Source: Vicugna vicugna (Eukaryota). From it: a DNA stretch of 64,000 nucleotides. Every line of letters starts with the position of its first letter. Position 1 is the first letter of the stretch. The notes under the pieces were generated by a model. That model worked only from the letters and a program-made list of their open reading frames with translations. It searched no databases and was not told where the DNA came from. This document shows positions 53,401 through 64,000 of this stretch, in pieces. The stretch spans positions 7,636,721 through 7,700,720 of the forward strand of contig MU058423.1 of the NCBI GenBank assembly GCA_013265495.1, written 5' to 3'. The translations under genes were made by a program, and so were the position numbers.

Positions 53401-54412
53401 TTCTGCTATGCCTAATAATTTTGATATAATGTAAATATAAATATAATAATATATTAATATACAATATATATTTCAAGATATATAATGTATACATATAAAA
53501 TATACAGATTCTAGTGAAAAGTCAGTTTACAATTATGTTGCCAGGAATGTTGAACTTGTGTTGTTTTACCTAAATTCCAAATAATTCCAAATAATTCTAA
53601 GCAGCATGCACTTTTTTCTAGATACGATAATGTACTGACTGCTTATTCAACATTCCCTAATCAGTAAAAGAACTCTGTATGAACAGAGACAGAGTGAAGT
53701 CAAAAACTCCACAAAGATTCAAGATAAGGATTTTTGCCAAGAGCCCTATGATATAATGACCAGTTAAGTTCCTAAGGTACAAACTGAATTTCAAAAGAAT
53801 TTTTTTACATCTCTTCATAGCATTTTGTATTTGATTTTCAGGCAAATATATAATAAGCTAGCAGCTATCCCTTTACACACAGCTCATGAGGTATCCCTTT
53901 AAATCCATGTAGGAAACAGAGTGCTATAAATGCTGTTTTGTCCACTGATTACACTCAATTCAATCAACTTTAGTGGAACATTACTAGTTAGTTTAATTAA
54001 ATCACTTTAAATGATAACATCTCTAAATAAAATGACTGTGTTTTAAAAAATAAAATAAAAGACAACTCTTAAGGACAGAAGCTTTCTGTATACTTTACAG
54101 TATTTAGTATCTTAAATGTACTTCTTAAATATTTTACTTTTCAAGAGAAGAAAGGTATTTTATTGAACATCAATGCAAATTAAAATTTGGGGGTATTTAT
54201 ATGTTGCAGAAAATATAATCACAGTCTGGGTTTCTTGAATTAATCTAGTTTGACTCTATATAGCAATGGACCAATGTACTAACCAACAGTTAAACTTACC
54301 AATGTAGACAGTTAAAAACCTAATGCTCATCATTATTCTGACATGTAGATATAATTTTATTTAGATAAAAATTTAAATAACTTTAGGTAAAAATATAAAA
54401 GATAGATGTTAC

Positions 54413-54474
54413 CTGTTTGGGCAAATGAATGCAATGGTGAACTGACATACTAGAAAAGGGGCTGTCGAGAGAAA
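54413..54474 (-). other. Candidate 62-nt spliced exon of an unidentified host transcript
   Basis: cttttttgtatttttaattttctaatAG|tttctctcgac...cccaaacag|GTAACA; GC-richer than the flanks; two frames open (FLSTAPFLVCQFTIAFICPN, or xSLDSPFSSMSVHHCIHLPKQ); product not recognised. Confidence 0.35.
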
Positions 54475-55049
54475 CTATTAGAAAATTAAAAATACAAAAA
54501 AGTTCACATCTTCACATTTTGCTATTTTTACTAAAAGATGATAATTTCAGTACAAGTCATTTTGAAGGAGAATAAGAGGGAAATAAATAAGCAAGTGTAA
54601 ACTTTGTTATTAGTATAATCACAAATTTCCCATGCATAAAATTGATAATGAGTGAAACATGATTTGCTTGGAAATAAAAATGATTTTTTAAAGACAATAA
54701 AAATGAAATCTACTTGAAGTCAGACGCCTAAAGTTATAAAATGCTGCATATAAAATAAAGAGAACACATAAATTCCTTAAACAAAGGAAAAATATACTAG
54801 AAACAATCATTGATTTTTCTTTCTCATTTGAGACTTTGAGAGTTTAACTGTTGGGCTTTTATGCCAACTCACAGCATCATTTAAGTTTTCTCTCAAAAAA
54901 TGTACACAACAAAATACTAAATTATCCCATACCCGATGCAATTTCAAAGACCCATACAGAGTCTTCAAAGCCAAAGATAGACAGCAATTTTGTAAATAAT
55001 GGCTTCTCTCATGGGAGTTTGAGTATCAAGACATTTAAATTTTTAAAAA

Positions 55050-55240
55050 TTTGGTTTGAATCCTCACTGTTCCATTTGCTACCCATGTGACCTAGTGTCA
55101 CCCATGCACCATCCTGAATCTGTTTCTAAGCATATAATATATGCAGTATCCTGTAGCTTGCTACAATGATTACAAGAGATGACATCCATAAGGTTAGTGT
55201 GGTGACTGGCACTGAGCAGTCCTCAGTGAAAAGTTGTGGT
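55050..55240 (+). mobile_element. MIR SINE
   Basis: ggtttgaatcctcactgttccatttgctacccatgtgacct...ttagtgtggtgactggcactgagcagtcctcagt. Confidence 0.6.
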
Positions 55241-56439
55241 TGGTTACCACCTGTGGCATTTATTTTCAACAAATATTATTCATAATTTATTTTCATTACT
55301 TTTTCCTCCTTTTTTTGGATTCTATACTTAGTCGAACTGTATTTTAAAACAGAATGCTACTTGCAAGGGTTTTTCAAGAGAAAAGAGCATAACAATTTGT
55401 AACACACTTGAAAATGTAGTGCAGCCTTGTATGTTCATGGCTGCAGATACCAGTGGATGTACCATGAGTCTGTCTTTCAACCCATGCTTCATAATTCCTG
55501 AGTAATCTCTGATAGGGTTGTGGAGTGGAGGTAGGGGAAGTGGGGGAGCAGGGTGGAGGTGGGAGAGTGAGGAAGCAAAGAACATTCAGTCTCAGTCTTC
55601 AGAACCTAATAGTCTGGGAGCTGCAGAAGATCAAACTTGATTTATCGCAGACAAGCAATTTTTAACCTTTGAAGAAACATAAAAGCTACCCATTGTGATT
55701 GTCTCATTATTATCTTTTCAGCATTAATACTTTCTGCACAATTCAGTTACCATTTTCACAAAGACGAGTATGTCAAAAACACAGTTTCAAAATGCCACAT
55801 GACTTTTCATCTCTAATTACTAATTGTCCTTGCTATTCTCACACTGTATAAGAGTAATGAATGTTGTGGAATCAGTACAAATTAACATGAATCTCTATTT
55901 TTTGAAAATCAGAGTTGAAAATTTTTTTCATCTAATTGGCAGTCCCCTAAATAGAAAGTACTCCTAACTGAGTGTTGTGCATGTCCTTTCTTTTCTAAGC
56001 TTTTTGTAGGCAACTGAAGATTTAAGAAAGAGGGGGAAAAAAAAAAAACACATGCATTGAAGTGCTGGTAAAGCTGCTGAGAAATGGACAATCACGAACT
56101 TTGTTGATGGAAGCTTAAATCAAGAAAATATATTTGCAAAGTAATTCAGCAATATGTCTTGAAAACTCTAAACATGTTTATACTTTTGACATATTAAATG
56201 TAACTTTAATAATGTATTCTAAAATGCAATATGAAATGCTGAAAAAACTTTTTGCCCAGTATTTTTGTTGAAATATTGTTTGTAATATTGGCAAATTGAA
56301 AATAGCTTGAATATTCAATAATAAACTTATTATGAGGTAAGTTGTAAACACGATAATATATTATATTATACAAAATACATGAAAAAATATTTTTAAAACA
56401 TTTTAAAAGTTGTTTAAATGAAAGGTACTATGATGTAAC

Positions 56440-56690
56440 TTAAATGGCAGCTCCACATTTAGGCTCTAGAGTGGGATCCTAATCTCAATTAACCACTAGT
56501 TAGCTCAGTGCCATTGGATGGGTAGGTTACTTAACTTCTCTGTTTCTCAGCTTCCTTATCTGTAAAATGAGAGACATCATTTGATTTACGTCATCAGCTT
56601 GCTGTAAGCAATGAAAGAAGTACTGTATATAAGGTGACTTACCTCATACCTAATACAGAAATCACTCAATAATATTAGCTTTGACTACTA
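56440..56690 (+). mobile_element. MIR SINE
   Basis: Core ggttacttaacttctctgtttctcagcttccttatctgtaaaatgag; cactcaataatattagct. Confidence 0.75.
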
Positions 56691-59079
56691 CTTACATAAA
56701 ATTAGGATACCTAAATATGTGTGTGATATGAAAAATAATTAGAAACAAGACTTACATAAACTGCATTCGTATGTTAAAAGTAGTAATCATTCAATGGCAA
56801 GTAAGGTCTCCTCTTTTGATGTGACTTGCTAGATTTTCTACATTTTTCTACATTTACTGCTTTTTTTCACTGAGAACAAGTGAATTAATTTTTAATTAGC
56901 ATTTAAGATTAAATAAATAATAAATGTCTCTGAAATTTTTTGTAGACAACCTCTGTTTCTAAATCAGCAGCTCTGTGTCAGGAGGAAAATGTCAACTGTG
57001 TTGCTCAGTCACAAGTTAGAGCTATAGGTTAGATCAATCACAATCTGTCAGACACTGGTATACTTTCAAGAGAAAAAACAGACACACTTTAACATCCCCA
57101 GATATTCTTAATTCAATACCTCACTCGTGCACTCTTTCTCTCGAATAAAAACCTATGTCTACATGTCTAGTCATATAATATCCTACCTGTCATTATTCAA
57201 AGACTAAATTTCAAAACTAATCAGCATTAAGGAGGAGGAATTCAACTATGAAATGATGTGTTACATTGACTGTCTGTATTATAACATGCTGTTTGCTATT
57301 CTTTGTCAGCGAATTTCTTCTTTCTTGATCTTTGTCATTTTATATCTATTTCTAGCATAATTCTTGAGAGTCTTAACCTAAACTGTATCTAGGGTTTCCA
57401 GCTTAATTGGGCCACAGCAAGACTGTTCACTACAATTACGCCAGATTGCATCAATAAGTGATCATTGTAATTTTGGCATCAATGGCAAATTTAATAGGCG
57501 TAAGAAAAAAGGTTTATAATCATACTTAACTTTCAGAATGCTGGGTTGTAGAAAAGTGGTTTCATGGAGGGAAAGCAATAGCATATATTATATGTAGTGG
57601 ATTATTTTCTTTTGATTTTAATACTTGCTCATTTTATGTGGAATTAACTGGGTTCAACTGATGTAATGATTCGCAGTTCCACCCTAAAAACACACAGAGA
57701 GATAACAAAACATAATGCTGCTAAGAACTGAAATTAATGGAAGTCATAAAATCCTAGAAGTGACACTGATGTTGGTAATCTTGCCCAGTATCAGGGACAT
57801 ATTCACTTTCATGGGTCTGCAGTGTCTTCAAGTAAACCACAACTCCTGATGCACTAAATTATTACTCCTCACCTAATAAAATACCTTTCAAAATCGAAGA
57901 CTATTGATTTTCATAAATAAATAACATAGTTTATTCTTTTATGTATCCTGCTTCCCAAAGTGGACCAGTTTTGAGATAAATCTAGTCAATTTGATTTTTA
58001 TGTCTAAGTATCTTTATTTACTTCTCATCCGTGTATGACTCTCACCACTGTGGAAATAAATTCTTGAAATACCATGGGACAAGAAGGGGAAGAAATTTCT
58101 AAAAGTCCAAAAGCAAAGACAATGACAGAAGACAGCTATGGAACAAAACCAAGTGGAAAGTTAAGGCAAATCTGAGGTAACAATGAAATTCAATGGGTAT
58201 CTGGAAGTCCACATCTACAGAGAACATGGAGCCTAAAGCTCGTGAGCCCAAAGGAGGAGCAGCCATATAGGAGCTGTACATGGGGAAGCAGCATAGCAGG
58301 GGCAGGAGCACCGGCTGGATGGCAGCAGAACCCAACGAGCTGTAGAAACAGTATGGAAATGTTTAAAAATAATAAAATGTTGAAATAAAAACAAACAAAA
58401 ACAGTAGTGGCACTATAACCTGCAGCAAGAGCAAGGAGATAGTGTAATCATGTAAGAAAATTAAATTGAAAACCTTAGGATTAGAGCAGGAGGAATTTAG
58501 GAAAGTAATCTAAGCCTCCATCATAGGTATTACAGGCAAGAATAATTTGTTTCTTAGTCAAGCTTTTCACCCAACCAGTGATTTTCTAATATGATATCTG
58601 TTGGAGAAAGAATTGATCCTGAAGTTTACTAGACAATTGATGATGTTAGGTAGGAGTAAAAATTAAACACACCAAAAAATGATATTAAGTCTGGTGAGAT
58701 TGCAGGCCACGTGTGTTTTATCAAAGAATATGATCTCCCAAAGCAAACATTCATGAGATCAAATCCTTGCTGGATCCTTTGCCATCAGGGTGACTGCAGG
58801 AACATCACTTCATTTCACAGGAACTCAGTTTTCTGATCTCCAAAAGAGGATAAGAATTCTTACCCCAGATATTACTGGAAGACTGGAGATAATATGCTAA
58901 GTAGTTGGGGTATAAAAGATGTTTCATAGATGATAGTTATTTTTATTAGCACTAAAATCAGGAAAAATTCTAACCTAAATAATTTAAGCAATAATATAAT
59001 GTTTCCTAAAAATTACAAAAATTCATATTTTATTTTACTATATAATATACATCTTATATGTAATATATAAAATATATTT

Positions 59080-59480
59080 TATATTTTATAGTGTATTTTA
59101 ATTTTATTTTAGCTACTTTATGATGATATATCATAGGGATCTGATTCCTTTCTTTTTGGTTCTGTATATAAATTACCAATTGTCTTTATCTATATTTCTC
59201 AAAATATTCTATTTTTCCACTGATCTTCAAAGCCAATCACACCACAAATGAACTTTGTATGTTTGTACTGTTTCTCAGTATTACATTTTATTCCAAAGAT
59301 CAGTTTGTTTATTCCTATGTCTTATACCTAAGGTATGCCTAATAGCACAATGTCTTAATTTCTTCTGCTTTATAATACATCTTAAAATATGATAGAGGAA
59401 TTCCCACCCTTGGTACTCAATTTTTTTTAAGATAAGTCTAGCTATTCTGTTTCTTATAAATTTGTTTGTTTTGCATGTTT
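59080..59480 (-). mobile_element. Old L1 ORF2 fragment
   Basis: ttattccaaagatcagtttgtttattcct...cacaatgtcttaatt...ctgctttataatacatctt. Confidence 0.5.
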
Positions 59481-59488
59481 AAATAAAC

Positions 59489-59691
59489 CTGTGGTTTTCA
59501 GCCAAGGGTCTTTTTCACTCTCGGAGACAGCTGGCAAAATCTGAAGTTATTTTTGGTTGTCACTACTGGAAACTTACTACTTGTATTTAGGAGGTAAAGG
59601 CCAGGGATGCTGCTAAACATCTTACAATGGGCCCAGATGACAAAGAACTATCTGGCTTAAATGTCAATAGTGCTGAGTTCGAGAAACCGTG
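59489..59691 (+). mobile_element. hAT-Charlie MITE (MER20-like)
   Basis: tttttggttgtcactactgg; aggccagggatgctgctaaacatcttacaatg; aaatgtcaatagtgctgag.tcgagaaacc. Confidence 0.85.
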
Positions 59692-59749
59692 TATTATGGA
59701 ATTGGTGGCCCTTGGTTTGTACTAACTTAGCACACAGTACTTCTGAATT

Positions 59750-61315
59750 ATATTCATCACAGTGTTGTTTCTTCTCCCATCAAGGGCTCAGAGACAGAGA
59801 GAGCATGATAGTGAGAGAACAAGAAGGAAGCCAGAGTATATTTGGACTTGGGTTTCTAAAGCAATACCCCATTACTTTTACCACTTTCCATATATTAGAA
59901 GCAAGTTACTGGGACCAGTTCAAACACGTGAGAAGGAGATTACGTAAGGCTGTAAATACCAGCAAGTTAAGATCATTAGGGGCCATTTCATAGGTTGTCT
60001 ACCACAGTCCTTTCTCCTTTTAATGATTCAATCCATTCCTCAAATAAAGTACACTCACCCTCCATTAAGTCCCCTAAATTTCATCCCATTATAGCATCAG
60101 CTCAGACTCTCATCATGTAAATCAGATTCAAGTATAGATAAGCCTCCTTGGTGTTATCCTTAAGCCCTCAGGTGTAATTAAGCATATTCATACCACACCA
60201 GAGGGAAAGGAAACACGGAAGCTAGTGCATGGTTTCCCCGGACCTGCCTTTTTTTTCTGAGTTTAATCTGTATCCTTCAACTGTAATAAACTGTCACTGT
60301 GAGTAAAGAGCTTTTTTCTGAGTCCTGTGATTCCTTTTAGTGAATCATCAAACTTGAGGGTAGTCTAATGGACCCTCAACACTGCTTGCAAATCTCCTTA
60401 GCTGTATTACCCAATTCACTAGGCACACACTCTACTTGTCATGTTCTTTAAGTAGATACTGTTGCTAAGGTTCTGCCACTCCATAACAAGTATGTCCCTT
60501 CCTTCGATTTCTAAAAACATATTTTTCATTTCCTTTCAAGTCCTCCTTGGAAAGGTTCTCAACCTCCAGATTTTTACTAAAAGTCTTCTGGTAAAGACAA
60601 TTCAGGATTTCTCTAACACTGTGCTGAAAATCTTTCCAGCCTTTACCCACTACCAGCTTCCTAAGTCACCTCACACAGATAGGTATTGACAGAGCATCAT
60701 TCCACTCCCAGTACCAAAATCTGTAGTAATCATCTACGTGGATTTCTCCAAAACTTAATGGCTGAAAACAACAAACATTTGTCATCAACTAGTTTCTATG
60801 GGACAGGAATCAGGCATAGTTTAACAAAGGTCCTGTAGCTCAGAGTTTCTCAAAAGGTTACAATCTAGTTGTTGGCTGGAGCTGCAGTCTTCTCAGGGTT
60901 TGACATGTGTGCAGAGTGTCCTTTTAAGGTCACTTGCCTGGTTGCGGCAGGCCTCACATCCTCACCAGCCATGGGTCAAAAACATCAGTCCCTTGCCACG
61001 AGGGCTCCTCTCCATAGAGCTATTCAAATATGGCAAATTGTTTCTCTCAGAATGAGGCCCAACAGAGAGAGAGCGCAGGGAAAAGAGGTGAAAGAGAGAG
61101 AGAGAGGGAGAGAAACAAAGAAACGGGAAGAAAGGGAAAGCAGGATAGAAGCCAACGTCATTTTGAAACCTCATCTCAGAAGTGGTATCTCATCACATGT
61201 GCTGTATTTGGTTCATTAGAAAGAAGTCATTAGGTCCAGCCCACACTCAATGGGAGAGAATTACACAAAGGTGTGTATACTAGGAGGTGTAGATCAATGG
61301 GGTCATCTGCCACCG
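59750..61315 (-). mobile_element. MaLR (MLT1) LTR-internal-LTR element with a short internal region
   Basis: On minus: the 5' LTR ends ...ctaca at 60722, followed by gattttggtactgggagtgg; polypurine tract aaaggagaaaggac abuts tgtggtag (60006) of the 3' LTR; both LTRs share the agaagcaagttact/agaagtcattaggtccagcccacac block. Confidence 0.75.
60170..60382 (+). mobile_element. ERV LTR 3' fragment (MER21-like) nested in the MaLR internal region
   Basis: tttaatctgtatccttc...tgtaataaactgtcactgtgagta...ttctgagtcctgtga...gtgaatcatcaaacttgagggtagtc. Confidence 0.65.
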
Positions 61316-61319
61316 CTAA

Positions 61320-64000
61320 ACAGACCAGGAAAAACGAGACGAGACATAATCACAATGTCAGGAACGAGAAACTATTATTCCTATAGATAGAAAATAACAG
61401 TAAGTGAATATTATGAGGGAGTTTGTGTTACTACATTTAACAACAAATCCCTTGAAAGAAACAAACCTCCAAAGCTCCCTGCATTAGTTTTCTATTGTTG
61501 TCACAAACTACCACAAATTTAGCTTACCATTTATTGGCTCACAGTTCCGTAAGTCAGAAATCTAAGCAGACTTAGCTAGGTTCTCTGATTAGGTACTCAC
61601 AAGGCCAATATCACTGTAATGGTTTGGCTGAGCTCTTCATTAGAAATTCTGGGGAAGAATCTACTTTGATGTTCGTGTTGTTGGCTTAATGCAATTTCTT
61701 GTAGCTGTAGGACTGAGGTAATCCCTTCTTTCCTGGCTGTCAGTCAAGGACAGCTCTCAGCTCCTTGAGACTGCTTTCTTGTTCTTGTGCATGGCCCCTT
61801 TGCCTCTTTGATCCAGCAGTGCACTCTGAATCCTACTCATGCTTTAATCTCTCTGTTTTCCCCTTCTATGACCTGTTGGAGAGAACTCTCTGCCTTTAAA
61901 AGGATGATGTGGTTAGTGTAGATCTGTGCTCTCTTTTAATTAACTCAAAGTCTTAAGTAACCCTAATCATGTAACTTTAATGAAATCTGCAAAGTCTTTT
62001 GCCATATAGCATAATTATGGACTTGATACCTCATCATATTCACAGTTGCAGGTATTAGCATGGGAATCTTGGGACAGGCATTTTAAAATCCTGTCCATCA
62101 CACTAACTCAGGAGGAAACAGATAACATGGATAGCCTTGTATCTGTTAAATACATTGAACTTGAGAGTCAAAATCCTTCTCCTAAGGAAAACACTAGACT
62201 CAGGTGGCTCATCTGATAAATTCTGCCCAACTTTTAAGAAAGAAGCTGTACCAAATCTACAAAAACACTTCCAGAAAACTGAAGACGAGGAAATACTTCA
62301 TTTCATTTTTTGAGCCCAGAAATTAAAACAAAAGACATTAAGAAAAAAGTAAAAAGTGACAACCTTCATGAAAATTGATGTAAAAAAAAAAAAGTTACAA
62401 ATATAATTTTACCAGATGGAATTGAACAATATATAAGAAGGATAATATATACTAAGTGCAGTTTATCTTAGGAATATAAGATTGATTCAACACTTGAAAA
62501 TTAATCAATGTAAATCACTCTCTTAACAAACTAAAAGAAAGTCCTTATGATTATCTCAATAGACACAGAAAAAGCATTCTATAAAATTCAACATCCATCC
62601 CTGATTTTTAAAAGGTGAGAACAGAATAAAACTTCTTCAGTATTATAAAGGGAATCTAGGAAAATCCTAGAGCCAAAATCATATTTAATGATGAAAGATT
62701 GAACTCTTTCCTCCTAAGATCAAGAGCAGGTAAATAATGTCTGATTTCTTTCCTTCTAAGCAATGTTGAACAACTTGTGAGTACCACCAAGCAAGAGAAA
62801 AAGAAAACAGGTATCCGGACTGGAAAGGAACAATCAAAATTGTCTTTACTCCTAAATGACAATGATTGTTTATGTAAAAAAAATCCAATGGAATCTTCAA
62901 AAAATTCTATCAGAACTCATAACTGAATATAGCAATGTTTCTGGATAAAATGTCAATAAAGAAACATTCATTTTATATGTAAGTACTAGTAATGAATAAT
63001 TGTACACTGAAAATTAGAAAAAAATAACACTTACAGTACCATCAAAAATATGAAATACTTAGAAATATATCTGGAAAATGATGTGAAAAAAATGTATATT
63101 GGCATTTACAAAATATTACTGAGAGATTTAAAGACCTAAATAAATTGAAAGATATATATCACTCATGTGTCAAAGATTCAGTAATACTAAGACTTTACTT
63201 CTTCCCAAATTTATCTATATATGAAATGCACCCCAAAGTCACAGCAGTCTATTTTGTAAAAATGTACAGATAGTTCTAAAATTCACACAGAAATACAAAG
63301 GATCTAAAATAGAGAAAAAAATTTTTAAAAAAAGTCAAAGGATTAATATCATCTGTTTTTAAGGCTTATTTTAAAGCTTCAGTACTTGAGATGGTATGGT
63401 ATATGGGCAAAGACAGACCAACAGAACAGAAAAGAATGGCTAGAAATAGATCCATACATATGTGGACAACCAATTGTTGACATAGGTATAAAGGTATTTC
63501 AGGGGAGAAAGAATAAAATCTTTGAAATAAATGGTGCTAGAATAACTGCATATCCACATACATACGTACACACCCACACACAGAGAAAGTTTAGAAAGAC
63601 CTGTGATTCATACCACATACCCTACTCAAAAATAAACTCAAAATGGTCCACAGACCTAAATACAAAATGATAAAGCCCCTAAAAGAAAATACAGAGGAAA
63701 TCTAAGTTAGGCAAAGACTTCTTAAACACAATACGAAAAGAATGGTCCTTAAAAGAACAAATGTACAAATTAAATGTTATCTAAACTTAAATAACTGCTT
63801 CGTTAAGGAAAAGAAAAGATAAGCTAAAGATCAGAAGAAAAATGTTTTAAACTTGTATCTGATAAAAAAAAGTATCTAGAATACACAAAGAATACTCAAA
63901 TCTCAATAATAAAATAATAGCCACCTCAATTAAAGACTGGGGAAAAGATATGGAAATTTCAGCACGGAATATATAGTTGCAAACAAGTTTATGAAAAGAC
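61320..64000 (+). mobile_element. Decayed LINE-1 ORF2 (RT region to C-terminal region), running off the window end
   Basis: tatgattatctcaatagacacagaaaaagcatt (MIISIDTEKA); aaatcctagagccaaaatcatatttaatgatgaaag; ORF 63386-63670 (WYGIWAK.DQQNR.E..EIDPYI...HIPYSKINSKW..DLN); many stops and frameshifts. Confidence 0.9.
61480..62102 (-). mobile_element. MaLR solo LTR (MLT1 family) inserted into the L1
   Basis: tgcattagttttctattg...ctaccacaaatttagc; tggggaagaatctact; gctgtaggactgagg; ends cctgtccatcaca. Confidence 0.8.

Noticed and set aside
55533..55563. Potential G-quadruplex (four G-runs)
   Set aside because: A generic motif with no promoter or CpG-island context
57445..57453. ATTGCATCA C/EBP-ATF4 composite motif
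   Set aside because: A single 9-mer is expected by chance at this window size; another occurs inside the Tigger element
1152..63670. Short ORFs of the six-frame track as genes
   Set aside because: Mostly 60-116 aa, many with non-ATG starts or inside repeats; no recognisable domains except L1 ORF2

Overview
AT-rich, gene-poor mammalian DNA, most likely from a camelid. This rests on a tRNA-Ala(AGC)-headed SINE of the camelid vic-1 type and on cetartiodactyl-type L1 3' ends. No protein-coding gene could be identified. The only recognisable ORF-track proteins are decayed LINE-1 ORF2 pieces. There is one orphan candidate exon (54413-54474, minus). Much of the window is interspersed repeats: L1, L2, MIR, ERV1/ERVL/MaLR LTRs, Tigger and hAT MITEs. 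There is also a 197-N gap. The most notable items found by reading the sequence are: (1) tailless retrocopies of small Pol III RNA 5' fragments, namely a tRNA-Gly(GCC) 5' half and a U6 5' stem-loop, both with target-site duplications, plus a tRNA-Ala/SINE head ending at the anticodon loop; (2) a +/-/+ triplet of same-family ERV1 solo LTRs containing a ~0.5 kb inverted repeat with a 35-bp spacer; (3) an L1 with apparent 3' transduction; (4) a SINE nested in an L1 tail with nested TSDs; (5) a ~130-bp hairpin whose stem mismatches are all G.U-compatible on the + strand. Repeat family names come from recall of consensus sequences, not database searches, and the boundaries of old repeats are approximate.
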